From positions 60,636,001 through 60,700,000 of the forward strand of contig NC_042998.1 of assembly GCF_006345805.1 (NCBI RefSeq): a stretch of 64,000 nucleotides of DNA. The letters run 5' to 3'. Under the pieces are notes generated by a model. The model did not search any database, was not told the origin of the DNA, and was given only the letters and a program-made list of their open reading frames with translations. Position numbers and translations under genes: made by a program. Positions 52,160 to 64,000 of this stretch are shown here, one piece after another (position 1 is the first letter of the stretch; each line of letters begins with the position of its first letter). Source of the DNA: Octopus sinensis. Lineage: Eukaryota.

Positions 52160-52425
52160 CACATAAAAACTACCATTTGAGAGTGGCCGTTTCCCGTACC
52201 GCCTGACTGACCATCATGCCGGTGGCACATAAAAGCACCCACTACACTCTCGGAGTGGTTGGCATTAGAAAGGGCATCCAGCTGTAGAAACCCTGCCAGA
52301 TCAGATTGGAGCCTGGTGCAGCCATCTGGTTCACCAGACCTCAGTCAAATCGTCCAACCCATGCTAGCATGGAAAGCGGATGTTAAACGATGATGATGAT
52401 GATGATGATGATGAGGATGATGATA
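52160..52425 (+). mobile_element. (GAT)n-tailed retroposon copy
   Basis: Core plus long (GAT)n tail. Confidence 0.8.
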
Positions 52426-52489
52426 AGCTTTGATTTAAGATTTTTCAAATGATTGTTGGTTCATGATGATGAACAGTTATTGAACTTAC

Positions 52490-52589
52490 TTTGCCAGTAT
52501 CAGTAACTGCAGCAAAAACAGTCGAAGAATAAGGAGCCCATGCAACATCACCAACAGAACTGTTCAAGTCAAAGGTAAACAGAGCATTT
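52490..52589 (-). CDS. DNAI1: DNAI1 exon ([33 protein letters not shown])
   Basis: 100 nt, TCTTTCAG acceptor, GTAAGT donor; [18 protein letters not shown] matches DNAI1. Confidence 0.95.
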
Positions 52590-52779
52590 CTGAAAGAGAA
52601 ATATATCACAGCTATTAGCAAGTGTACACAATATATTAAATTATAAGATGTGAACCTATAAAATCGTATTATAAAATGAACGAAAAATTTTGAAAATGTT
52701 AAGAAAATACAGAAAAATATAATTGAACCATGAAATAACAGTCGGTCAATTTGGTGGTGGTGGTGGTGGTGGTATCTTT

Positions 52780-53050
52780 CAGTTTTTTAATATGTATCTG
52801 TGCATATATCTACACCCACTAAATATTTTGGATAGTGAGTTCAAAATTGAGTCTGAAATTTGAGATCTTAATAAGATTTGTGCATTTTCAGCTAAACAAA
52901 GCTTACAATTCCTGGTTCCGTTCATATATGGTTTCGACTTTTCAATTATTCTCCATCTTATATCATATGGAATGTTCTTGTCTTTTAATGCCCAAATTTG
53001 GCAAGCTAATTTTGTAGTTTTCCCTTTCTCGTTATGGCGGAAAGATGCCA
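52780..53050 (-). mobile_element. Penelope-like GIY-YIG C-terminal fragment
   Basis: SFRHNEKGKTTKLACQIWALKDKNIPYDIRWRIIEKSKPYMNGTRNCKLCLAE...LNSLSKIFSGCRY. Confidence 0.88.
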
Positions 53051-53066
53051 TATGATTTATATATCA

Positions 53067-53578
53067 CTAGCAGTATCGCCCGGCGTTGCTCGGGTTTGTA
53101 AGGGAAATAACTATATAAGCATTTTTAGAGAGTTACTTCCCTTATAGATGCCAATTCGGGCTTTCTTAGCCATTTCTGTTTTGGTGTCTTCAAGCCATGA
53201 AGTCGTTGTTCTAAAAGAACGCTGGTCTCCTTGACAACGCTTTACGACGTTGATTTCCTTACACTCCCTTCCTCACAGCTTCACGAGGGAGGGAAGAAGG
53301 GGGAGAAGCAAACAGGTGCAGGTGTGACCATGGACGCCAACTCCGCCACCATCAACACACGAAAAATTATGCATTAAAATGGAATAAAAAATGATGTTAA
53401 ATTATTTTTAAAATCGTAGACTCATCGTAGATGCGCGCTAATACTCAGATGGGCTCGATATGAATCACGACTATAAGATACCGAATTTGGTTAAACTGCA
53501 CCGCAAAATGTGGGGGTAGTTAGGAATCTAAATCGAAGGGGACAGACACTCACACAACTACAGTTTTATATATATAGA
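53067..53578 (-). mobile_element. Non-autonomous Helitron with intact ends (512 bp)
   Basis: On -: A|TCTATATATAT at the 5' end, hairpin CCCGAGCAACGCCGGG then CTAG|T at the 3' end; inserted at an AT site. Confidence 0.8.
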
Positions 53579-53599
53579 TTTCTTAAAGTCTCCCTTGCA

Positions 53600-54630
53600 T
53601 AAACTGATATATGTTTTCTTATCTATTGAATCTCCGTTGTTTTCTGAAACAAGGGAGGGGTGACGATGAAGGGGGAAGGAGAAGGTGGTAGGAGTGAAGA
53701 GAAGAGAGAAGGAGAGTAGGAGTGAAGAGAAGAGAGAAGGAGAGTAGGAGTGAAGAGAAGAAGCAGGAGTTGGAGCAAGAGAGGGGAAGTGGGAGGGGGG
53801 AAGTACGTGTGAGGAGGAGAGAGGTGAGGTGAGGAGAGTTGAGCCCATGTGGCACAAAGGAGTGAAGAGAGAAGATTAATCCCTGTTCACAGTGCAAATG
53901 GGAGTCTGGATGGCCCCTGTGCAAGGACAATTCGAATACGGACAGGTGTTGCAAAGAGTGACTGGTAGATTGGAAATGGCATGAGACTAGAGTGTCATTG
54001 CAGAGTCAGATGTTTCGGAGGTGTTCCACGAACCAGTCAGCCAAGTGGCATCCCGTTTGCCTGCTGTATAGAGAAGGGCAGAGAGAGCAGGAGATGCAGT
54101 TGATGATATTGGTAGAAGTGCAGGTGAAGGAGTCGGTGATGTGATTGGGTCGATGATGGGTGCCGGTGAGGAAGGTGATGTAGGAGAGGTAAAGGCAGGT
54201 GCGGCAGCATGGGCAGGAGCAGGGGAACGAGCCAGGATGGGAGGTTGGGTTAGGAAAGAAGCTGTGGACCAAGAGGTCTCGTAGGTTGTGGGTTCATTTG
54301 AAGGAGGAGAGGGGTCAGTTAGGGGAAATGGGAGGCAGGAGATGGCGGGTCGGTTTCGGGGGGAGAGAGCAGATGCACGATCCACGGATCATGCACTGGC
54401 AAGGGCGGTGTGGATAGTGGTGAGGGGATATCCACGTAGGATGAAGTGGCGAGCCATGAGTTGAGACTGAAATATATATATATATAGGGAGAATTCACAA
54501 AAAAACAAAAGATGAAGACAGGTGGTGTAGACAACAAACAGATGTATTAGTTTAATGCTCGGGAAGTGAAAAAGTCTTTAAGGTTTTGAGCCTATGCTTT
54601 TCCACAGAAAGGAACACAGAAAGAAACAAA
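53600..54630 (-). mobile_element. Penelope-like element (second lineage): RT-thumb linker + GIY-YIG + 3' tail, preceded by a pLTR-like segment
   Basis: GSFPCSCPCCRTC...FTCTSTNIINCISCSLCPSLYSRQTGCHLADWFVEHLRNI; HFQSTSHSLQHLSVF...EQGLIFSLHSFVPHGLN. Confidence 0.88.
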
Positions 54631-54639
54631 AATTGTATG

Positions 54640-55314
54640 CACATTTTGCTTTGACAGTTAATGGCAGCCAAACCGAGGCTTGGATTGAGCTGAAAATTGG
54701 CAGGGATACTAAATGTGCAGTGAGGATGAGACCCACAATGGTTAAAATTTGCAAGCTATAAAGATGTGGTTGCTATGGCAAAAAGAGTGAAAATTCATTG
54801 TCTTTAAACAGACTTTGACAAGTGTTTGTTGTTTCTCTCTGACGGTTATCACCCTTTCTTCTTCCATCTCTCTCATTCCCCATTCCTTCCTCTTTATCTC
54901 TATAACGGCTTTTGACAGCTTCTACTCACTCTCTTTCCCTCTCCGTATTCACTGTCTCCCTGTCACTCTTTCTCTCCCAGCCTCCTCTCTCTCTCTCTCT
55001 CTGTACGTCTTTCTGTATCTATAGAGGGAAAGCGTTGACATCTGCAAGTGTGATTAATGGAGGGGAATAAAATAGTAAATAATTATATTGTGTCAGAAAT
55101 ATATTTCACTCTCTTGAAGTTTAAATATTCCCGCTACAGGGCTTTTACAATGGTGAATTATTATCACCCACCACCACCACCACACAATAATGATAATAGA
55201 TATTATTAATTAGATATTTATTGTGTTAATTTATATATGTGTGTGTGTGTGTATAAATATATATATATATAAAATTATATATAAAGTGTATATATCGATA
55301 TTTGAATATATATG

Positions 55315-55356
<42 letters not shown>

Positions 55357-55692
55357 GTGTATACATATGTATACATAATGCATATATATAAATGTGTATG
55401 TATATAATGCATATATATGTGCATATATATTTAATGCGTATGTATATATATATAATGTATGCATATGTGGTCGGATTGAGCTGAAAATTAGCACACCTGT
55501 ATTAAAAGTGCTGGTGAGTTTGCATAGTAATTTTGAGTTTGTTCATTTGAAACGCATGGCCTCCAGAGCAACATTCTTCATCTTTTAAAATGTGTCCCGT
55601 GTAGACCCGAATGAAATCAGGTTATAATACCGAAACAAGTAAAACAACAATAAAGTATTTTAATCCTGAGCAAGACCGGGTTTGTCTTCTAG
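54640..55692 (+). mobile_element. Non-autonomous Helitron-like element; 3' end intact, 5' end unclear
   Basis: CCTGAGCAAGACCGGG...CTAG|T at 55665-55693; GGATTGAGCTGAAAATT motif present twice (~54682, ~55472). Confidence 0.6.
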
Positions 55693-55722
55693 TATATATA
55701 TATATACATGTTTATGTGTGTG

Positions 55723-56100
55723 TATCATCATCATCATCATCATCATCATCGTTTAGTGTCCGCTTTCCATGCTAGCATGAGTTGGACGGTTCAACTGGGG
55801 TCTGGGAAGCCAGAAGGCTGCACTAGGCCCAGTCTGATCTGGCAATGTTTCTACGGCTGGATGCCCTTCCTAACGCCAACCACTCCGTGAGTGTAGTGGG
55901 TGCTTTTTACGTGCCACCGGTACAGGTGCCAGACGAGGCTGGCAAACAGCCACGATCAGATGGTGCTTTTTACGTGCCACTGGCACGGAGGCCAGTCGGG
56001 GCGGCGCTGGCAACGGCCACGTTCGGATGGTTCTCTTACGTGCCACCGGCACTAGTATCACAGCTGCAATTTCCATTGATGTTGATCGATTTCGATTCTC
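55723..56100 (-). mobile_element. (GAT)n-tailed retroposon copy
   Basis: Core plus tandem units. Confidence 0.8.
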
Positions 56101-56234
56101 ATTAATATGTATATGTGTGTGTGCATGTGTGTGTGGGCGTGTGTGTGTATGTTGATGCAATTGAAACAATTATTGGATTTTTGAGATGAGATCTAAAACA
56201 AAGATATTCTTCATACATATTATTTGTGAAATTA

Positions 56235-57483
56235 AGGGTGTGTAACATATTTGGGGACAGATTTATGTTTATAAAATAACAGATATATATGTAACAGATA
56301 ATAACTTTATTTATCAAAAAATGCTATGAGGATAAAAATAAACCTTTTCTACAATGTTATTCAACAAATAAACTGCTTCTATATGAGATCTAAATCATCT
56401 ACATGCTTGAATCAAGTAGTCCTGGTTCATTTTGGACATTACTCTGACTATGGCAGCTTTCTAAGAATCTTTGGTGTTATGGGCATGTTCATTGACCTCT
56501 CTCTCAATAATGCTCCTCATGTAATAGTCCAATGGACTGAGATCTGGGGAATTAGGAGGCCGAATGTTAGGGGTTATGTGATCATGAACATTTTCAGCCA
56601 TCCACTCCTGTCTTACTAGAGCCATGTGTGATAGTGAAGAGTCTTACTGAAGCACATATGGCCTTCTATAGCATACACTGTCTATCCAGGGCTTAACAAT
56701 CATTTCCAGGACCTCAACGTAGGTGGCAGAGTTTCTTCTAAAGCCTTGTTGAAAGAAGTAAGGAGCCATCACATGTCCTTCATTGCTGACAATCCCTAAA
56801 ACCATGACAATTGCAGGAAATTTTGTATGCATAACACTTGAAACTTCAGAAGGTTCTACACATATCCATCTGTCATTTCTTCTGTTAACTTTTTGATTTT
56901 GGTCAAAATTTTTCTCGTTTGAGAAAAACCACATCAAATCTTCTTCTGCTGCATTTTTCAGTTTGTTTAAGAGACTTTTAGATCTGATGTAGTGATTTTC
57001 TTTTGCTTTTTCTGACAAATTGACCTTTCCTCAACATATAAGTTTTATGACCTATATCTGCTGTCTTTGTGGACAACATTTCTGATTGTTCCTTCTGACA
57101 CATGGGTATCTTTTGCAATTAACCTCAGGGACTTTCTGGGATTGTAATCAATGATCTGTTGAACTTTCTTGATAAAATCAAGTGTTCTGATGATTTCAGA
57201 TCATTTAGAATGTTTTTTATGCTTTGATACTGGTGATACGTTTCCATCTTCAGTCTCTAACTCCTTACAAACCTTGTAGATGAAAGATCTAGTAACTTTT
57301 AAAAATCGAGATATTTCTAAATCACTATGCTCCTTTATAACCACAATAACAGCATGCCTCTTCATTTCTTGAGTAAGCTGAGCATTTGCCATTATTATTT
57401 TCTGAAACAAAGATTATACAGAGTGAGCAAAAAATGCAGTAGTGACCCAAAAGAGGTATATCCTCAAATACCTTATGCACCCT

Positions 57484-57484
<1 letters not shown>
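56235..57484 (-). mobile_element. Near full-length DD37D (maT) mariner-like transposon relic (~1.25 kb)
   Basis: WFFSNEKNF, VMVLGIVSNEG, *DSSLSH...SPDLSPLDYY (D37D). Imperfect TIRs AGGGTGTGTAACATATTTGGGGACA / CAGGGTGCATAAGGTATTTGAGGATA. Contains stops and frameshifts. Confidence 0.88.
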
Positions 57485-57557
<73 letters not shown>

Positions 57558-57570
57558 GTATATATATATT

Positions 57571-57800
57571 TGTGGCCGATGCCAGCATCACCTCAACTGG
57601 CTTCCGTGCCGGTGGCACATAAAAAGCACCCACTACACTCACAGAGTGGTTGGAATTAGGAAAGGCATCCAGCTGTAGAAACACTGCCAGATCAGACTGG
57701 AGCCTGGTGCAGCCTTCTGGCTTCCCAGATTCCCGGTCGAACCGTCCAACCCATGCTAGCATGGAGAATGGACGTTAAACGATGATGATGATGATGATGA
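57571..57800 (+). mobile_element. (GAT)n-tailed retroposon copy
   Basis: Core plus tail; 5' end abuts a (TA)n tract. Confidence 0.8.
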
Positions 57801-57877
57801 CATACATAGACATATATATATATATTTATATGTGTATGGCTATTTGTATGTAAGTATATATGTATGTATATCTGTGT

Positions 57878-57923
<46 letters not shown>

Positions 57924-58101
57924 ATGCACTTATATTTTGATATATCTTTCAAATATTGCAAAATGAAAACATAGGACAACATAACTTTTCATTTTTTCAG
58001 TTTAAATATCTTCGAATTAACTGAAATAAATAAAAAATTAATAAAACTTATGCAGTTAAGGATGCCAATAAAATACATCTTAATCAGAACAGAATACATA
58101 C

Positions 58102-58336
58102 TTGGTTTGCAAACCATGTTCCCAGATTTTCACAGTCCAATCCGCACTGCAGGTGATGAATATCTTTGGATGATACTTATTCCAAGCAATCTTATATACA
58201 GACATATGGTGAGCTTTAATTGTGCTCATCACTTCAGTGGAATAAGCCTTAGAACAAGAATGGACATGGCCTTCTTCAGTACCAACTATGTAGAGGTAGT
58301 TGATTTCACGATGGAAGTCAAATGTTGTACCACAAC
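58102..58336 (-). CDS. DNAI1: DNAI1 WD40 exon (GCGTTFDFH...VGTEEGHVHSCSKAYS...TCSADWTVKIWEH)
   Basis: 235 nt, TTTTAG acceptor, GTATGT donor; hallmark dynein intermediate chain motifs GTEEG and SxDWTVKIW. Confidence 0.95.
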
Positions 58337-59384
58337 CTAAAAATGAGAAATTTATGAACACTTTATGGTTGAGGTAATTTATTGAGCACTTAAAGAAAAA
58401 AAAAGGCTAAAGGAGTAAATCCTCACAGAAAATCTGGATGTACAGTTATACTTGACCAATATCCAGCATCTCTTGTGACTCCATGGATGGCGTGAACATA
58501 TAGAGTTGTCTTTCCTTTGCAATATATCCATCTGTTTGTGAGTGTTTATTGAGCGAAAACACCTAAAGCTCCACGAGGCTCCGGCAGGGGATGGTGGTGA
58601 TCCCTGCTGTACTCTTTCACCACAACTTTCTCTCACTCTTACTTCCTGTTTCTGTTGTACCTGTATTTCAAAGGGCCGGCCTTGTTACTCTCTGTGTCAC
58701 ACTGAATATCCCCGAGAACTACGTTAAGGGTACACATGTCTGTGGAGTGCTCAGCCACTTACACGTTAATTTCACGAGCAGGCTGTTCCGTTGATTCGGA
58801 TCAACCGGAACCCTTGTCGTCGTAACCGACAGAGTGCTTCCTTTTTCCTTTATATCCATGAGTAGAGAGGCGGTAAGTGTACTTGGGGCTAGGCTCTTGG
58901 AAGCAGCTCAGACACAGTAGAGATGATTAAATCACTATCTCTGAAATAACTTTAACCAACGACAAAAAATGCCAACCATTATTATTTAGAGGAAGGACAT
59001 TCTTACTAGTGTTGTTGTTGATGTTGTTGTTGCTGTTGTTGTTGTTGCTGTTGTTGTTGTTGTTGTTGTTGATGATGATGCTGTTTAGCTTTGAATCATG
59101 CCTAATGAAGCCATCCTATGTTCAAAAGATTCCTAGCCACAACCATCTTGTCTTTATAGGAATATCTCATACTGCATCATCATATTCTTTCTTCTTTCTT
59201 TGTTTAAAACATTATCTTTCTTCTTTCTTTGTTTAAGACATTATCATTATTCTTCAAAACCAATCAAAGTCAACTTTATCTTTCATCATTTCAGTGTAGA
59301 AGACATAAAATAATATCAGTCAATTACAAGAGTTAATTATATTAACTATTCCAACTCTGAATTTAAAAAAAAAATATTAAAAGG

Positions 59385-59730
59385 GTTTGCTTCTCAACCA
59401 CATGGTTCTGGGTTCAATTCCACTGCACTGCACCTTAGGCAAGTGTCTTCGACTACAGCCTTGGGCTGACCAAAGCCTTGTGAGAGGATTTGGTAGACTG
59501 ACACTGAAAGAAACCTGTTGTGTGTGTGTATTTGAGTCTCAGTGTTTCCAACCACTGCTTGACAACTGGTGATAGTGTGTTTAATTCCCCATAACTTAAC
59601 AGTTCAACAAAGAGGCCAATAGAATAAGTACTAGGCTTAAAGAAAAAATAAGTATTGAAGCTGATTCTTCAAGGTGGTACTCCAGTATGGCTGCAATCTA
59701 ATGACTGAAATGAGTAAAAGGTAAAAGGTA
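59385..59730 (+). mobile_element. tRNA-derived SINE (type A)
   Basis: Same head and tail; partial minus-strand copies also at ~24975-25070 and ~40580-40720. Confidence 0.75.
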
Positions 59731-60084
59731 AAATCGCTTGCTCTTTTAATCAGTGTACATGAATACATTGCCTAAGACACATCATAATATGTAATAGACA
59801 CGTGTATATGCTATGGACATGTGATTAGAATGTTATAAGAAAAAAATCACAAGACACATTCTTTAAGCTGAGTCAACCAGTGGGAGTCTTAAGGTTAGAC
59901 CAAGAATGAGAAGATTGGATAATATCCATAATCTCAGATGGTCATACTTGAGAATTCCACAAGAAAGTATAATTGCAGTTGCTTCTGATAGAACCCTATG
60001 GAGGAGGTGCCTGAGGACTCTACCTCTACAACCCTCCTAGGAATAGTTGGCAAATATTGATGGATGGAGGGATAGAGGGATATG

Positions 60085-60127
<43 letters not shown>

Positions 60128-60562
60128 ATGCATGTGTGAGCATGCATGTGCATGTGTGTATGTATGTATATATATATGTATTACACATCATTTCTGGATA
60201 TATAAACCTAACCTATTTAGTATTTTACTCACACTTTAAAAGAAATATGATGTTGTCATAAAAACTGTATCTTATTTCACAGCTAGCATTTAAATATGAT
60301 TTCTGTGTCAATGGGTGTTTAGTAATGCCTAGCAACATGTGTCCATAAATGGAACATGTGTTCCATTTATTACCATATATCAATATTACTTTATATTTTT
60401 GCTATTGTTTACAAAGGAAACTTACTACTTATAATTTAGATATTTTCTCCTAGATGAGAGGGGGAAATGAATATGATGAGCATAATAAATAAAGAAGTTA
60501 GTATGTGTGTGATACGCACACACACACACACACACACACTCATATATAAATATCATCATCAT

Positions 60563-60898
60563 CATCATCATTTAGCATCCGCTTTCCATGCTAGCATGGG
60601 TTGGACGGTTCAACTGGGGTCTGGGAAGCCAGAAGGCTTCATCAGGCCCAGTCAAATCTGGCAGTGTTTCTACGGCTGGATGCCCTTCCTAATGCCAACC
60701 ACTCCGTGAGTGTAGTGGGTGATTTTACGTGCCACCGGCACAGGTGCCAGACGGGGCTGGCAAACGGCCATGGTTGGATGGTGCTTTTTACGTGCCACTG
60801 GCACGGAGGCCAGGCGAGCTGGCAACGGCCATGATCGGATGGTGTTTTTTACGTTCCACCAGCACGGAGGCCCCTCGGGGCGGCACTGGCAATGGCCA
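60563..60898 (-). mobile_element. (GAT)n-tailed retroposon copy
   Basis: Core plus about three tandem units. Confidence 0.8.
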
Positions 60899-60910
60899 TA
60901 TATATATATA

Positions 60911-60966
<56 letters not shown>

Positions 60967-61204
60967 TAGGGAGTATAACTCCAAACTTACAGGGAAAAAT
61001 TCAATTAAGTATTAAATAAATTTCACAATATAAATATATGATATATATAAATTAGAGAAAAACCACTATTATGCAATTCAAACAATGAAAGGCATAAACC
61101 AAATCATAAATAAAAGATAAAATATATTTTAAAACATATAACTAGATCACAGAAAGTACGAAAATGAATAAATAATATATAATAAGTATATATATATATA
61201 TATC

Positions 61205-61492
61205 ACGTAACCGACCAGGCTATCAGATGTTGCTACACATCGCTGGTCACAATGCGCTTCGCATTGTTTTAGCCTTCAAATGACGCCACCCCGCTGGCTA
61301 AGCGAGCAGGCCAACAGAAGAAAGGGTGAGAGAAAGTTGTGGCAAAAGAGTACAGCAGGGATTGCCACCATCCCCTGCTGGAGTCTCGTGGAGCTTTAGG
61401 TGTTTTCGCTCAATAAACACTCACAACGCCCGGTCTGGGAATCGAAACCGCGATCCTACAACCACAAGTCCGCTGCCCTAACCACTGAGCCA
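61205..61492 (-). mobile_element. tRNA-derived SINE type C
   Basis: Reverse-complement tRNA head (TGGCTCAGTGGTTAGGG...GGTTTCGATTCCCAGACCGGG); related body at ~58530-58850 (+). Confidence 0.78.
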
Positions 61493-61896
61493 TATATACA
61501 CACACATATATATATACACATATATATATTTACAAAAAAAGAGTCAAAGATCCTTCTCAAACAATAGCCTCATAAGACCAGCTTTCCAGCTTCTGTGGCA
61601 TATATATTCACTACAGGATGGGACGCTGATCCTTTGTAGTATTACTCATTTTTGCAAGCTGAGTGGACTTGAGCAATGTGAAATGAAGAGTTTTGCTCAA
61701 GAATTCAATGCATGACCTGATCCAGGAATTGAAATCACAATCTTACAATCATAAGTGCAACACCCTAACCATTAAGCTATGTGTCTTCACACACACACAG
61801 ACACACATGTTAGTTTTGATTAATAAACAGCAGAAGCTACAGATTGACTCAAGGGCAGAGAGTTTCAGACAGTGGATGTATGAGTGTGTGTGTGTG

Positions 61897-61946
<50 letters not shown>

Positions 61947-62104
61947 ATGCATGCGCATACTCATGCATGCACAAACCACATATACATGCCACAGTTAAAA
62001 TAAATTTAGAAAAATTATTTTCATTTTCAGCCAGTGAGACCAATTTTCAGAATGCCAATAATCATTAAGTTATATCAGTAAAGAGAACAATACAGCTGAC
62101 ATAC

Positions 62105-62192
62105 CATATAAGATAAGTTTAGTTCCATCTGGACCTTCAGCTGGTCCATCAGGTAATGGCATTTTTATTATTTCTTGAGGAAGCAATTCATT
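62105..62192 (-). CDS. DNAI1: DNAI1 internal exon (NELLPQEIIKMPLPDGPAEGPDGTKLILY-G)
   Basis: 88 nt, TTTTTAG acceptor, GTATGT donor; phase 1 fits the next exon; aligns to the segment before GCG in DNAI1. Not in the ORF track. Confidence 0.85.
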
Positions 62193-62676
62193 CTAAAAAT
62201 GAAAATAAAATTTAATCAGCAATGAAACAAGCTATAACTTCTCTTATTTTGATATAGAACAGGAGAAAATATGTGACGTTTTATTAACCCTTCAACTGAG
62301 AAATTAAATTTTGTGTTATTCCAATAATGATATAAAATGTATACCAAAAAGTAAAATTGGTATTTTCTGAAATTATACTGCCTCAAAAATCTTGACATAT
62401 CTCAACAAAAGACAGTTTCAAATATGACTTTCTTCAACAAAAGTTACATTGGTATGTAAAACTGCTTTCTGCAGTTAAGGATAATGAAATTTTAAATGGA
62501 TGTATCTGATTTCTGTAGTAAAAGGCTTGACCAAAAGAGTAAACATTGGGTTAAATGCATTAAGTAAAAATATAAGAAAAAGCAGATCATGCTCTGATTA
62601 TTTTGACAATATTTAATAGATGTTACACAACAGACTATTACAGTCACCAATATCTAAAGGTAACTGCACTGCCATA

Positions 62677-63793
62677 CAGGGTGTTCAGGAGCTAAATTTG
62701 ACAGTTTGCATAAAAGGATAAGAAAACCCAATATGTTTTGTTTTTGTTTTTCATCAAAGTCCTTTTGATGTCGCTTGTAACATTTTCAACGACTCCTCTC
62801 TTAGTGTGTTACATTAAACAAATGATCAATTAGTTAGTTGGATGGATATTTAACCAATTGGTTAATATAAAAGAACTGGAATTGAATCAGTGCATGTGTT
62901 ATTAATAATGGTGTAATGACTCTTGCTAGACAATAAAATTGGTTTCAACACATGAATTCACACAAAGAAACTTGCAAACCCAATACAAAAATGAAGTAAA
63001 ACACAATATCTCGTTCAAAAATTGGGAGACACCACCCTCAGCTTCCACCATAGCCTCAACATAGCTCTGGGACCTGGCACATGCATTCCTCACTGTGTCC
63101 TTAGGAAGATCTTTGAACACTTCCTTGATCATGGCCACTAGCTTGGCCTTGGTATTGCAAGCAGAGCAGTTGGTATCTTTCTCAACTATACCCCACATAT
63201 AGTAATCCATGGGATTACAATTGGGGGAATTAGGGGGCTAGAAATTGGGGCTGGTGAAGTCACAGAAATTCTCTGACAACCACTTCTGACTTTCTCTAGC
63301 GATATGGCAAGAAGCTGGATCCTGCGGCCACACATATAGCCTTTCAACAGCAATCCTCTTCAGTCAAGGATTGGAGAGTTTCCAGCAGCTTCACTTACCC
63401 ATCTGAAATTAGTCTAAAGCTCTGTTCAAAGATGTGGGGATGGATTCTGGTTTACAAATGCAGTCAGAACACCTGCTGTGTCCCTTCCTGCTGGCCTTGG
63501 CTTCATGGTCTCTGTTGCAGCTGTCTATGTCACATCTTACAACTTTTACTCTGTTCACAGAGTCTTGAGTAACAATCATAATGTCTGCATTTTGATACTG
63601 GACATGAATCATCACAACACAGGTAACTCTTTTCTAATTTTCAGATGGTTTCTAGTCCTCTATGTTAGCTAACTTTTTATCAACTAGAACTTTAATCTCT
63701 ATACTCTCCAATGTTGTTGACTGTTCACCAACATAACAAGCTGTTCATGAAAAAAGAAGTCATGAAAATGTCAAATTTAGCCCAAACACCCTG
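62677..63793 (-). mobile_element. Internally deleted DD37D (maT) transposon
   Basis: TIRs CAGGGTGTTCAGGAGCTAAATTTGACA / TGTCAAATTTAGCCCAAACACCCTG, TA on the left. N-terminal segment at 63460-63620 is fused to WPQDPASCH...SPNCNPMDYY (D37D). Confidence 0.85.
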
Positions 63794-64000
63794 AATATTT
63801 GAATGTATATAATATTTCTGTGTATTTTAATAAGCTTAAAGGGGTGAATTTTGAAGTCTCATTCAACATATATATATATAACTTTGACTCTACTATCAGT
63901 ATTGAGTCCTTTCATCATTAAGTATTTATTGTTATTTTACACTAAATAACCAATCATATACATACACACACATACATACATACATGCATACACATATACA

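Noticed and set aside
54560-54620. Hammerhead-like remnant in the PLE pLTR (minus strand)
   Set aside because: Both core halves are mutated (CTGTGGA, AAAAC); cannot be functional in this copy.
61400-61492. tRNA genes
   Set aside because: All A/B-box-like sequences are SINE heads followed by SINE bodies; no complete cloverleaf found.

Overview
AT-rich, microsatellite- and transposon-dense eukaryotic DNA. The repeat families and gene content point to a coleoid cephalopod, probably Octopus (inference; the species cannot be fixed from sequence alone). Three protein-coding genes were reconstructed by hand using GT-AG junctions and reading-frame phase. (1) Prohibitin-1, minus strand, 6 coding exons, 13515->1709, 273 aa. 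(2) Fukutin-related protein, plus strand, one coding exon, 25579-27093, 504 aa. (3) The 3' half of axonemal dynein intermediate chain DNAI1, minus strand, 6 exons in the window (62192->36169); the upstream exons lie beyond 64000. The rest is a relic landscape: (GAT)n-tailed retroposon 3' ends, tRNA-type SINEs, Penelope-like (GIY-YIG) fragments, a CR1-like LINE fragment, a Ty3/Gypsy LTR+gag stub, DD37D and DD37E Tc1/mariner relics, non-autonomous Helitrons, TTAA (piggyBac-type) and other MITEs, and long foldbacks. Nearly all short ORFs in the supplied track are repeat or microsatellite artefacts. The least explained items are an asymmetric ~270-320 bp foldback element, present twice with the same ends and built from mariner subterminal sequence (one copy has a 12-bp flanking direct repeat), and hammerhead-ribozyme core motifs in a non-canonical order. 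I found no evidence for a new protein-coding system.
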